Source: Octopus vulgaris (lineage: Eukaryota). From it: DNA of 64,000 nucleotides. The stretch covers positions 39,308,001-39,372,000 of the forward strand of contig OX597814.1 of NCBI GenBank assembly GCA_951406725.2, written 5' to 3'. Position numbers and translations under genes: made by a program. Below the pieces are notes generated by a model. The model was not told where the DNA came from and made no database searches. It was given only the letters and a program-made list of their open reading frames with translations. Shown here in pieces: positions 39,130 to 52,702 of this stretch (within the stretch, counting starts at the first letter, position 1; every line of letters begins with the position of its first letter).

Positions 39130-39340
39130 TGTGTCCTTTTCCTCCCAACATTGCTTGACAAACTATGTTGGTGTGCTTTTGCCCCTGTAACTTAGTAGTT
39201 AGGTGAAAACAGTCCGATAGAATATGTATTAGGCTTACAAAGAATAAGACCTGGGTTCGATCTCTTCGACTAAAATTCCTTCAATGCGGCGCTCCAGCAT
39301 TGACGCAGATGAATGACTGAAACAGGTAAAAGAGTAAAAC
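39130..39340 (+). mobile_element. SINE family A 3' half
   Basis: cattgcttgaca..gtaacttag..ggcttacaaagaataag..ctccagcat..gactgaaacaggtaaaagagtaaaa. Confidence 0.7.
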
Positions 39341-39709
39341 ATTAATTCAATATCGTGGCTCCTTCTGTCATAGATTACAGTTAATGTTTTTGCAATATCT
39401 TGCACAATAACACCTGCACACCTGAAATGTTGAATAGTTATTTAATGATATCCCTGTCCATTAGCTCAGGGCCACTAAGCAATCGAAACTGCCTATACTG
39501 GTGCATGCTGTGCAGCGTGTCAAATCGCAAAATAATTCCAGAGTGCGAGTGAATAACAGCCTTGCTCAAAACGCATTGTATTGCACAGTACGTGGAATCG
39601 GAGCCACGATTTTGCGAAAGGAATTCGCAACTCCCTAAACTCTAGTCCACGCACTCCCCCTATATATATATATATATATACCTGCCGACCTACCTACCTA
39701 CCTATCTAG

Positions 39710-39906
39710 GTGACCACGTTCGTATCGATTTTTTTTTCCTCTGTCTTCCCTTCTCTGGATCTTTCCTTCTATGTTTCCAACGAAGAGCTCCGCTCGAAAT
39801 GTTAAGCCCTCCTTCTTTCCTTCTTTCCTGAGCGTCCAATAATACTATATTTGTTCCACGTTCTCGTGTTGTGTTTTATTTTGTGCTTTCTTGTTTGGAT
39901 TAACTT
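39710..39906 (+). mobile_element. Penelope-type terminal repeat fragment with degenerate hammerhead motif
   Basis: GTTT-CCAACGA-A-GAGC-tcc-GCTC-GAAA-TG-TT-AAGC at 39773-39807; downstream ttcctgagcgt..aata shared with the 58770 region. Confidence 0.45.
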
Positions 39907-40324
39907 TACATACATACATACGTACAAACATACATATATACGTACATAAAGACATACATACATACATATAACATATAAATATGCACATACACACACAATA
40001 TATATATATATATACATATAAGTATACAAACGTTTGTATATGTATATGTATATATGTGTGTGTCTCTGTGTGAGTGCATGTGTGTGTGTCTGTGTGCATG
40101 TTTTGGTGTGTGTGCGTGCGTGTTTGAATGCATGGATATACCTTTGCACATACATATGTAGACACTTGCATAAATATGTGTGTGTGTCTGTATGGATGTA
40201 TGTATGCATGTTTTCATTTAAGGTCTGTGTAGTGTGCAGAACAACATTATAACACTAATCGATTTGTACATGATATACAAATAATTACGTAGATGGATAG
40301 ACTGACAGTTAAATAGATCAATGA

Positions 40325-40379
<55 letters not shown>

Positions 40380-40823
40380 TATAGATAAATAGATAGATAG
40401 ATAGATAGATAAACAGACACGTACTTATGTAGACCATTCGGCTCATAAAAGGCTAGTTGCCTTGGAAAACACAGTTACTTACCTGTGAGAGTATATAAAA
40501 CGTAAACACTTGCTTGTAATTACTTCAATACAGTTTACCTGGTAGATATTTATTACAACGTCGAGAGAAATGATTGTTTGGCTTAATGGAAGACAAATAT
40601 TGATTGCCTACATTACACACAAGACATTTGCTTTCAATACGCAGAGTGGATATGATATCGCGTGATGCTTAAACCCGCTTTGTTTATGAAGGACAATAAT
40701 GATTTTTTCAAATGAACCGAAAGAGGTAAATATGGTTTCCAATCTGTGCGATAGGTTCCAATTGATATATTTCAGCATCTGCATATGTGTGTATGTCTGT
40801 GTGTATGTATGTGTAGATGTAGT

Positions 40824-40878
<55 letters not shown>

Positions 40879-41060
40879 GTGTGTGTATGTATGTATATAT
40901 GCGTTAATATGTGTTTGCTTTATTTTAACTTAGATATAAAGACAATTTAACATTAACTGATGAATTACTCAATACATTTTAGTAGAGTACATGTTCCTTA
41001 AACATTTTTATTAAACAAGGAAATAATTGATACTGATCTGAAGTCTCGTTCTGCCGTTTG

Positions 41061-41125
<65 letters not shown>

Positions 41126-41164
41126 CGCGGCCTTCGGGCTAAAACATTTTTAAGGATTTAAGGA

Positions 41165-41530
41165 TACTCTTTTACTCTTTTACTTGTTTCAGTCATCTGA
41201 CTGCGGCCATGCTGGAGCACCACCTTTTAGTACTTATTCTATCGGTCTCTTTTTGCCGAACCGCTAAGTGACGGGGACGTAAACACACCAGCATCGGTTG
41301 TCAAGCAATGCTAGGGGGACAAACACAGACACACAAACACACACACATATACATATATATACATATATACGACAGGCTTCTTTCAGTTTCCGTCTACCAA
41401 ATCCACTCACAAGGCATTGGTCGGCCCGGGGCTATAGCAGAAGACACTTGCCCAAGATGCCACGCAGTGGGACTGACCCCTCAACCCTGTGGTGGGTTAG
41501 CAAGCTACTTACCACACAGCCACTCCCGCG

Positions 41531-41533
<3 letters not shown>
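41165..41533 (-). mobile_element. SINE family A copy with internal deletion
   Basis: Highly similar to 24481..24893 but lacking about 45 nt after gctggagcac; flanked by (TA)n. Confidence 0.9.
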
Positions 41534-41588
<55 letters not shown>

Positions 41589-41861
41589 TACTTATATGTA
41601 CATATATATACATATATAGATATAGACACACATATAAATACATATATATATACATACGTATATATATACATATATATATATGTATGTGTGTGTACGTGTA
41701 TATATATATATATATATAAACATATTGTATATGGATATTATACATGTATATGGGTGTGTGTGTGATTGTTTTCATGTACATATATGCAAACGCAATTATA
41801 AACACAAGCATTAAATTGTATCAGATGTACGTGAGATGAATGCTCAATACAAGCTGTAGAG

Positions 41862-42117
41862 CAGTGTTTCTGAACATTTTTTAACGTATGCACCTATTTG
41901 AATTCTATTTCACTTCCCTGGATCCCATAGCCTTTCAATATTTAAAAAAAAATCAATTTATACTTTTATAATTATATAATATGTGAAATTATATTTTTTG
42001 TAATTACTAAAATATTTTGTGCATAGAAGAGGTTTAACCAATTTATTGCAATAAACTTTAACAACAAATTTGTATATGGTTCTTTGAAGGTCATGCAGAT
42101 CTGGCTGAGATGCACTG
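41862..42117. mobile_element. hAT (Buster/Charlie-like) MITE
   Basis: Imperfect TIRs CAGTGTTTCTGAAC / GCTGAGATGCACTG; 8-bp TSD ctgtagag (41854-41861) / ctgcagag (42118-42125). Confidence 0.65.
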
Positions 42118-43511
42118 CTGCAGAGTGCCAGGTTTATTTCGGTAAAATTCTTCTCTGTATTCGTATTTTGTGTCACTGATTAAGCGCCTGAAACTCGATG
42201 TCTGTATGTATGTAAGTATGTATGTATGTATTTATGTATGTATGTATGGATGGATGGATGGATGCATGTACGTACGTTCGTATGTATGTATGTATGTATC
42301 TACACGTTCGTTTTCTCTTTTCCTTTTAGATTGAATTTTGACAGCCACCTATTTGGTAGCAAGGTTTTAAGGGAAATATATACGTTTCTTCATTATCTTT
42401 TAAATCTGTAGTAGGTTTTGCATATTTATATTGTCCCCAATATCTTGATTGTTTACAAAATTTGAATTAAATAGTTGTTTTCTCTCCCAAAGGACCGAAT
42501 TCCTGTGGGAAAGAATGTCTAAGTCTTTTTGTGTCTGTGCGTGTTACGTATATGTATGTCCATGCTTATTGATATATATACACACACACATAATTATGAG
42601 TATGTTTGATAGAGCATAGTTGTTCTACTTTCGACTTTGAAGCCCATTAAACAATTAAGAGCTGGGAATGTTACTAATTAACTTCTGAAAATTATACTCT
42701 TTTGTCTAACTCTGATTGCTCTACAACATATCCCTAATTGCTTGTAAAGGTATTATCTCAACTCATCAAATTTAACCTAAATATATATGAAAAATACAAT
42801 ATTTTTAAATTTTAAAATAGGCACGAATGTATTGATCACGATGTTTCCTTTAAAGGAGACAATATTTTGGCCATCTAAGCCCTGTTCATAAGGAGTAACA
42901 TGTGTTAAATATGTATCTATTACACCACATCCTTATTTCACATCGTGTTGCATATTTTGTTGGTTATTTACCTCCTTTCACTTTTTTTTTTATCTCCGAC
43001 AAAATCAACAACACAATAACGTGAAAACGAATTTTTACCAAACATCATATGTACATTCAGTACTAAATATTACTATTGAAATGTTGAGGCTGTCTTCTTT
43101 AAGCAATCATATGCTATTATAATTGCAATATTCTCTATTTCTTACTGTCGTTCTAACTTTGATTGATTACCAGAGTCCACAGTTCATCTTTAACAGAGAG
43201 GTCATTAAAGTCAATTCTATCATTTCATGTCTTCCTCTAAATTATTCTTCATCAATATTTGTTGTTGCAGTTTTTAGCGAAAGAGTCATGTGTTGATATT
43301 TAGTCTGTTCTCACCAAATAAATATTCATATTATCAAATAGTAATTTTCACTACTATATTTTGATTATTGCAGTATGCTTTTATTTTGCTATTTCTCAAG
43401 TCTATAGTAATAACGTAAATACTCATCCATTTGTTTTCTTTTAAAGCTTTTACCCAATAAAGTAATTTTAAAATTTCTGCCTAGAACATTGTTTCTCGTA
43501 TTTAATTCAAT

Positions 43512-43935
43512 GCGGCGAACCGGAAGTATCATTAGCATGCCGGACAAAATGCTTAGCGTTGTCTTTAGGGTCTGAGCCTAAATTTACCCGTCTTCATGGA
43601 CTGAGCTCAAAATCCGCAGAGGTCGACATGCCTTTCATCATTTTGGGGTTGATAAAATAAGTACCATTCTAGCCCCAAAATTTCTGGCCTTGTCCCGATA
43701 GTAGAAGCGATCGATATAAGTTACCTAGTGGTACGAGCTTTCAGGGCGGTTAGCACATCGGATGAAATGCTTAGCGGCATATTCCGGCATTTTACATACT
43801 TAGTCAAGTCTCAAATCAACTTTACTTTTCGCCCTTTCGGTATCAATAAAATTATGTACTAGTCAAGTAGTGGGATCGATCTAATCGGCTATCCTCTTTA
43901 TCCTCAAATTTGCTCTACTTGTGCTGAAATTTCCA
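43512..43935 (+). mobile_element. Two tandem SINE family B copies
   Basis: ggcgaaccgg..ttagcatgccggacaaaatgcttagcg..gaggtcgac..gataaaataagtacc, repeated from about 43730. Confidence 0.7.
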
Positions 43936-46879
43936 AGCAGTATATTACACTTACGTTTGATTTTTATATAGATTATTTAGTATTACCTTCTTATCACACT
44001 TTTGTAGAAGTTTAATCTTTTTTTCTCTCCTCTTCTACTCTTTCTTTCAAATGTGTTCTGCATTTTCTGCATCAATCAATTTTTAAAAAAAAATTAGTTG
44101 AAGAATAGTTTAAAGTCTATAATCATTGTAAAATTAACTGTGTTCAGTTTTGGTTTCCTCTGAGCAATTTGCAAGAAGCAAGGTATTTGTTTCATATCGC
44201 ATTGTGTTCTCAGTTGACTCTTTCACGTAAGGTTTTTCTCTCGCTCAACTAAACCGTTGGCCTTTGGATAATAAATTGATATTACTCTTTTTTTATTACT
44301 AGTTTCTGAATGAATATTTGCTGTCTCAGGTTTCAAAAACACACGAAATAGCAATTGCTGCCAACAGAAAATATAGCCGTGAAACACATAGGGCTATGCT
44401 TATTTTGTATATTCCTTTTTTCATTCGAGATCCATCATTCTATATGATATAATAATCTACGAACCCAGCACACTGTATATATCAATATATGTGCGGTATG
44501 TACGTATGTACGTATGTATGTAATTAAGTAATTATGCATAGCTGAGAGTATATATATATTTGTGTACATACACTCACACACACACGCACGCACGCACGCA
44601 CACATATACCCCTAACAACGTGACATTTCTTCAATTGTGAAACATGAATCTTTATAGGTGGCTAAATATTTTGGCAAACGGTATGGGCGGTGATATCTTC
44701 ATTAAACTAGAATGCTTATCTTTATTAAACGTTAAACCGGTTGAAAATTGATTTTCTTTATGCATTTAGCTTACGTAGAAATCTGAGGGAAAATGCTGTA
44801 CACATAAAATATATTCTCATGAAAAATATAATCCATCATAAAGTAAATTATGTGGTAATATAATCGACTTCATGCGAATATTAGAAGCAATATGTTTACA
44901 GATATATATATCTTCTGCCACGACAATCATCAGACGATGATGGACCCGTTAAATTTTCGTGATATCATTTCCTATATCGCTGGACGCTACACCATTGGAA
45001 TAAATATTTCAGGGTTAGATAATAATTAAAGATATGCTCTTGCGCTTCCAAAGTGTTGAACATAAGATTAGCAAATCAAATACGCTGCTCAAAATATACT
45101 TACGTGATGAAACAGTAAAACAGGTTAAGCATATCCAAACAGGCAATAAAAGGAAAAAAAAAAACTTTCCATGGTCAAGAATGAAAGAACAACTTGGGAA
45201 TTTTCATTTTTTTTAATTAATATTTTACCATTATAATTCTATTTCATGCACTTTTTTTTCAAAATATTTACGAACTAAGAGATGCCTCTATGATTCTTAG
45301 GGAAATGTTACAGCTCATATAGATTCAGATAAGCAGCAAATTTTTAGTTTTGTTCCAACATAAATATACTGGTTCCTTGTTGGTAGCGAAACAATTAAGT
45401 AAATCAGTTTTTTTCTTAGTGTTGTAAAGGGAAGAATTTATTTTTTAGATTCTAATAATAAAGAAAAGAGATCGTAGACCAAGTCCTTTCCTACATAAAT
45501 ATTATTTTAACTTTATTATATCACTCTCATTTCTTCCTGTGACACATCACAAAGAAATAAGGTAAATATTGTATAGAAAAGCAATTTTGGTAGATGAATA
45601 GAAAACAGTATAATACTAGTATTCATTAATTCTATCGCAGTCAAGTTTAGGACGATATAACATTAAGACGTAGAAGATAGCATATTTCTGTACACTAAAC
45701 ACTGCTTACAACCTAAAGCATCCTATAAGATAAATTACATTCACCTGTTTAAGACATTCAAACTGACTCCGGAAATAAAGATAGGGATATACATTCCTGA
45801 TTCTCTGCAAAAACGGGAAAGAGATCGTCACAGCTAATTTATAGCACGTTAGCTATATGCTTCTCCATTCTGTTAAGAAAACAGTTGCGTGTTATATAGA
45901 GAGGCTAAATCTTAGCTAAGACATGTCCAAGAGGGTCAGTGCAATAATATTAGCTAGCTGAATATAAAAGTGTTTCATTACACCGAACACAGAAAACTGA
46001 AACAGGTATTCACAAGAACAATTATTCTAAACACATCCGAAAATGCAAATGAAACTATACCAATAGCCGTTTAAGTACTGTACAAATCCAACCTCACTAA
46101 CTAAAATATTCTATTAAGAACGTAGTAATCCATATAGGTTGTTTATTCGTTTTCTGTGATATGTCTAATTTGTAAATGCGAGGGTAGAACACAAAAATAA
46201 ATTCGATAAATTTATCACAGATTATAATAGAAATACTCAAAGAATGAGGACCCCTATTCAACGTTTTGATTAAGTGACACAACTGTTTCAAGTGACACCG
46301 CTAATTGATATACATCCGATCCCTCATTTGATCTACTAAGATACTATTGAAAGAGAAAAAATTAAGTGCCATTCTGTTCTTATTAAAGTCAGCATACCTC
46401 TGCCAAAACTATATTATTTATAATAAACAGGAAATGTTTTTTACAGCAGTAAATCTAAGCAGAATGACTACTATTTAATGGACCAGAAGACTAGTCAAAC
46501 AGAAGCATATCACTGCTAAATACCACTATACTAAGATTTGATAAACATATCTCCTCCTCGTTTATTTGACTGGGGCTCTGGTCACTAAATTAGTGGCCAC
46601 CCTACTTGAGTTTATTACTATGAAAAATATCGTGCTTTTTACAAGGTAATATAGTTTTGGCAGTGTTATTCTGGCTTTGATAAGAATAGAACGGCACTTA
46701 ACTCCTCTCCTTCTGTATCATTTTAATCTCTCAGATGTGGGATTGGATGCACATTCAACTGGTTTTTGAAACACGTTTAGCTAATTAAACCATTGAAAAT
46801 ATATCTCCATCCTGAGTTAACATGCACACACCTATAGACATATACACACACAAATACATCTCCTTCTCTCTCTTTCTCT

Positions 46880-46921
<42 letters not shown>

Positions 46922-46924
<3 letters not shown>

Positions 46925-47473
46925 TAACAATAAAGGGTGAAATTAATTAATTTGGAATAATTATTAATTACACCAAGTAGATTTCGGCATGTAAAAGCCT
47001 CATTTGAGGAAAATTTAAGTAATACTAAGTAATTAAGGGTTTAGCAACGAATTGCCTCACCGACACACCGAATTTAGAAATAGCAGTCAAAGAGATATAG
47101 CTATTCCTTCTACTAAAAGATGTATGTATAAAAAATACAAACTGGGACAAGATCGCAAAACATTATGATGACGGCACAAAAAAACACGGACGGGACATTC
47201 GAAGCCTTCAATCTTCAGTCAAGAATCTTCATCCTCGCAATTTCGGCTGATTATTCTTGAGATTGCTCCAATCCGGCCAGCCTCAAGGAAAAACTAAGCT
47301 AAGTGCATTATATTCCTTGGAAGAAAGCTTCGAATGTATACAAAAGGACAGAATAACGGACGATGTTGCACGAATATGAATACAAAAATAAAACGTAAAA
47401 ACAATAATAGTAATATTAATAACAATAACAGGATATCATTAACAGGCGTGTTAGGAATGTGCCTTGGAGCAGA
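46922..47473. mobile_element. Unclassified interspersed repeat inserted in (TA)n, possibly Penelope-derived
   Basis: Sharp boundaries with (TA)n on both sides; two helix-GAAA motifs on the minus strand. Confidence 0.35.
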
Positions 47474-47512
<39 letters not shown>

Positions 47513-47964
47513 TACACACATACATGCACACACATACATACACATATATATACATGCATATACACATAGATACTGTCGAATAATATTGGCTCAATATAAT
47601 CAAGTTGCCTTGATTACTATGCATACTCACTCCATATCCAAACTGTCAATGAGATGGAAACATTGAGGATATTAACTATTTCAGATTTTATTTGTACCTG
47701 ATGCAAATATGAGTTTTAACAGTTACCACCATCACACTCAAAACTTCAGTCTCTTTGACGCTTATACACGTTGCTCCGAATTTTTGTTATCTTTAAGAAT
47801 ACCACTCGTCCTTCAGATACCAATATATTGTAAGCAATAGGATCACATGTTGTCGTATCGTGTAGGAAATACGATCGCACGTGGTTCTACTCTTAACGAA
47901 TTATTACAAGCCATAAATACATGCAGTAACAATAGAGCATAAGTGAATTGACGACAAGTCTTGC

Positions 47965-48536
47965 TGTTGAGATATAAATATTATTTATTTTACAATCGTG
48001 TCAACGTTAGGAGTTTGTAAGCGTTCGCATGTCTTGTGTCTGTGTGTTCGTGTGTGTGGCAGGACAATCAGGGTGAATGCGGCTGGCATAGAAGGTGCAT
48101 GATGGTGGCGACGGGGAAGATAGTAGGCTTTCTATGGTTGTGTACATTAGCGTAGCCGGTAGTAGCCGGAACAATCGTATATCGCTTGGTTGAGTAACGA
48201 TGTGGCCTAAAGTTAGTTCTTAGAAGAACTGGAACTAAAAGACGAAAAGTGTCTGAAAACACTCCTTTATATACCGGTTGGTTGGCTCAAACGAGCCTCA
48301 AAAACGGAATCTTAACCAAAGGCCGTGATTGGTTATTTTGGGACAGTGGCGCGAAATAAGTAGAGACAAATCGCGTCACGTTGTCAACCAATCAGGTTAG
48401 TGTTTACAACAGGAACTAGTTGGCCAAAGATGACTGTAACATCAAACGAGATCATTTCTTGCCTTGCCTTTCAACAGTGATGATATTAGAAATCGATATA
48501 GTCATATTTCAAAATGGTTGAAACTGCCATGCTACA
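47965..48536 (-). mobile_element. Candidate solo LTR
   Basis: TG..CA ends, higher GC than flanks; on minus strand CCAAT boxes, then TATATAAAG (48265-48273), then AATAAA near the end; no TSD found. Confidence 0.3.
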
Positions 48537-49171
48537 ATATAAATGTAGATTTCGATCGCAAAATATAGCAGTAAGTCTTGAGTCAAAATTTTAAAAGAAA
48601 TGTGCTCTAGCATGGCAATTATCTATAGACTGAAATAACTGAAAGAGTATACGTATAAAATAATCGCACTATATGTAGATATTAATTATGGATCTACGTT
48701 CTTTATATATTCAACTTATGTTATGCTACATTGGATACGTGTTTATATGCATCCAGAAATACAACCGAAAGTGTATTTTGATAACTGGATTGGTACAAAC
48801 ACGACCGGTACTATTTAAGAAGAATGGTCCCGGTGCGCGCACGCGCGTACTCGCGTATCGGCGATAGCTAGACGTGACTAGTCGATCCTTACTTTGTGTT
48901 TTTGTGTTTTATTTATTTTGCTTTACCACCATCACGCTCAAAACTTCAGTCTATCTGACGCTTATACACGTTGCTCCGTGTACACACACATACAAACACC
49001 AGTTGTCAAGTGATAGTTGTGGGGTGACTAACACAAGTACAGACACACACAAACATACTCAGGCACACATACACATATACATAGACATGCATGTATACAT
49101 GCATATATACATATATACATGCAATCATATATACAAAGTGTTTTGAGTACTGGATTGATACAAACATGACC

Positions 49172-49442
49172 GGTACTATTAAAGAAGAGTGGTCCCGGTG
49201 CGCGCACTCACGTACTCGCGCATCCGCGGTCGCTAGACGTGACTAGTCGATCCTTACTTTGTGTTTTTGTGTTTTATTTACTTTGTTTTAAAAATTATTC
49301 ACTTTATGTAAAATAATTATTTATTTTGTGTTTTATATACTTTGCTAGGTAGTCGTTGTGGGATCGACTACTCACGACTAGTTAGCGCGGATGCGCGAGT
49401 ACGCGAGTGCGTGCACTGGGACCACTCTTCTTAAATAGTACC
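49172..49442. mobile_element. Mutator (MuDR)-type MITE
   Basis: Long TIRs starting GGTACTATT (49172-~49255 versus ~49358-49442); perfect 9-bp TSD aacatgacc at 49163-49171 and 49443-49451. Confidence 0.85.
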
Positions 49443-49529
49443 AACATGACCGCGTCTGTTTGTATTGGCATTAGTTAAGTATTTATATGTATGCCCGTTG
49501 GTAGCTTTTATCTTTAACTCGTGACATTC

Positions 49530-49915
49530 GATCACTTACATGCTGGAGCACCGCCCTGAAAGGGTTTTAATCGAATGAATGGAGCCCTCTACTTATTTTA
49601 TACACTCTGGTATCAATCTATCGGCTTCAGTTGCTGAACAGTTATGTTATGGAGACAAACACCGGTTGTCAAGTGATAGTTGTGGGGTGACTAACACAAG
49701 CACAGACACAAACATACATACTCAGGCACACATACGCATATACATAGACATGCGTGTATACATGCATATATACATATATACATATATACATACATATATA
49801 CATACATTCATACACGAATACACACACATACACACACGATGGTCGTCCTTCAGATTTCGTCTAGCAAATGTACTCACGAGGTTTTGATTGATACAGGGCT
49901 ATAGTAGAAAACACT
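49530..49915 (-). mobile_element. Degraded SINE family A
   Basis: catgctggagcaccgcc..cggttgtcaag..ggctatagtagaa. Confidence 0.65.
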
Positions 49916-50973
49916 CCCCGCCCCATAGTAAAAAGCACTTGCTACACCTGCGCATAGTCAATATAACGAATATACACCAGAAATAATATTTTGAGAACTG
50001 GATTTATCAAATCCTCACCATTGGTACAGCCATTTTTTTCATTTTCTCATGTTGACGTCATTTAACTACTTACAAGTGTTCCTGTAGGTCTATGTACATA
50101 TGTTGTCGAGAGGTTCACTTACACGTGTACATATAAAAGCACAACTGGATACCTTCTTATTGATTTCATATCAAATCGCATGCTCGATCTGAAGTTTTGT
50201 ATTGTTATTGACATACAAGGAGATGTATTAATGTTCTAAAATTACGTTATACAGGGCTCAACTGTTAATTGTGTAGTAGTGTTAATTGAGACTCATTAGA
50301 ATAATATTTATTGGTGAAATTATATATAGCTGTTATTTAAGCCCGACTCATATTACATTGGCTACATAAATATTTCAGATTAAGCATATTGTTATCAAAG
50401 AGTTGTAACTTACACATATATTGATAAACACGGATGCACATGTTCTCAGAAATTATGCATCCCAAAGTGCGTAGATGTGTATATATACATGTTTATATAT
50501 ATATGTGTGTGTGTGTGTGTGTTTGTATGTGTGTACAAAACAGAGGCTCACATACATATATATATAAACACATATATTCATAGGAAAATAGTTACTTGTT
50601 TGTACATCTGCATTCATAAACGTGTTTCAAAATTTACAGTTAAAAAACAATGTAGGCAATTTATAGATTTGAATATAGTTATTTTGCAAGAAAAAATTAG
50701 TAAAGTTAACAAATTTTTGCTTCAAAATGTAACATATAGAGAAGGAAATATAATAATGATGGATGCGTATCTAAATTTATTGCCGATTCGGACTTCGTAC
50801 AGTCATCAACAGAGGCCAGTTAACCATGGGTAGAACATTGTTGATAATGCATGAGCTGAGTAATATAAAATAGAATAATTATGGAAGTCACAAAATGCTC
50901 ATCCATTTATGTGCTTCTGCCGAAAATAATTATAGATATTCCCTTACATCCACTGCGTTTGCACATACATACA

Positions 50974-51005
<32 letters not shown>

Positions 51006-51237
51006 AACATACATACATACATATAAACATACATACAAGCATACATACATGCACACGCATTCATTTTTAACACGTATATAGCAAGTGTATGCGTTAATGA
51101 ATCAAATGTTGTTAATACCTATTGGCTTTATATTTGTTCACATTCTAATTATATTGGATAAAAAAGAGAAACACTTCTAACTAACAAATTTAATTAGCCA
51201 ATGATATATGTGAATGTGGGCGTATGTGTGTGTGCGC

Positions 51238-51268
<31 letters not shown>

Positions 51269-51312
51269 CATATATATATATACACACACACATGCACACA
51301 CACACATACATG

Positions 51313-51423
<111 letters not shown>

Positions 51424-51680
51424 TGTTAGTGTAAGAAGATTATATATCAGCGTCTGTGTATCTAAGTGTACATATATATGCCTGCAAAGATTGTTTTTGT
51501 ATTTTAATATATGAGATATATATATATGTGTATACGTATGTACCCTTTAATGTACATACATATACTTCGCTTAAATATATATATACATGTGTGTGTACGT
51601 GAGTGTGTTTTTTTATGTATATATCACCTATATATATATGTGTGTATATATGTATATATATATATATGTGTGTGTATATG

Positions 51681-51736
<56 letters not shown>

Positions 51737-52519
51737 TAAATATAAATATATATATTTGCGTATATACATACACACACACACATATATATATATACATATA
51801 TATATACATATTTATATATATAGTTATATATTCATACACATGTGGATGCACATACATGTACACATAAGCACACATATAAACATTCATAAACACATATATG
51901 TAAAAATTGTATACGTACAAAATGTGTGCTTACTGAACTAAACGATGATTTAAGATAAAAGCTAGGAATGTTAATTAATATATTACCCAGATAAAAGCTG
52001 AGAATATTAATTGATATATACCTAAGAAGTATTTATCCTGGGAAACACACAGGTTTATCAATTATTAATAACGGCTATAATTATTAATATATCTTAGAAG
52101 GATATTATTATTTTCGGTTTGTTTCTATCCTTATAGCTATAATTTATAGCCTGATATTCCAATAGATAATATGTTTTAATACAGACAATGGATTTATATA
52201 TTTAACGGGAATCCTCAGAAATAGGGATGTAACATATAAAATTTAATAATTCATAATTATCCTAAGGATGTATGTTGGCACAATTGATAGGCCATCCAGA
52301 GGGAACATTGACCTACGGTAATGCTACTGTTCTTCATTTACTGCATTTAAATCATCGTGAAGTCAACTTTGATATATATTCTTGTGTAATCTATAAAATC
52401 AAGTACAAATCATTTTCTGAGTTCGACTTCATTGGTTCAAGAAAGTAGCATTGTGTCTATGAAAGACATTAATTTGTATTCATAAATGTCTTTCTGGTTT
52501 GGTACATGGCCTGCACTTT

Positions 52520-52702
52520 AGAGAGGAAGGGTGAGTCAATTACATCGATCACAGTGTTCAGTTTATACGTAATTTATCGACTCCGAAAGAATGAATAGCA
52601 AAGTTCACTTCGGCGGAATTCGAATTCAGAACGTAAAGGGATGGAAGAAATACTGGTATGCATTCTACCCGACGCTCTAACAATTCTAACAGCTCAATGC
52701 CT
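52520..52702 (-). mobile_element. SINE family B
   Basis: gtcaattacatcga..ttatcgactccgaaagaatgaa..ggcggaattcgaattcagaacgtaaa..ctaacaattct..cagctc. Confidence 0.65.

Noticed and set aside
40477-40545. Strong minus-strand splice donor CAG|gtaagt
   Set aside because: No convincing matching acceptor or reading frame
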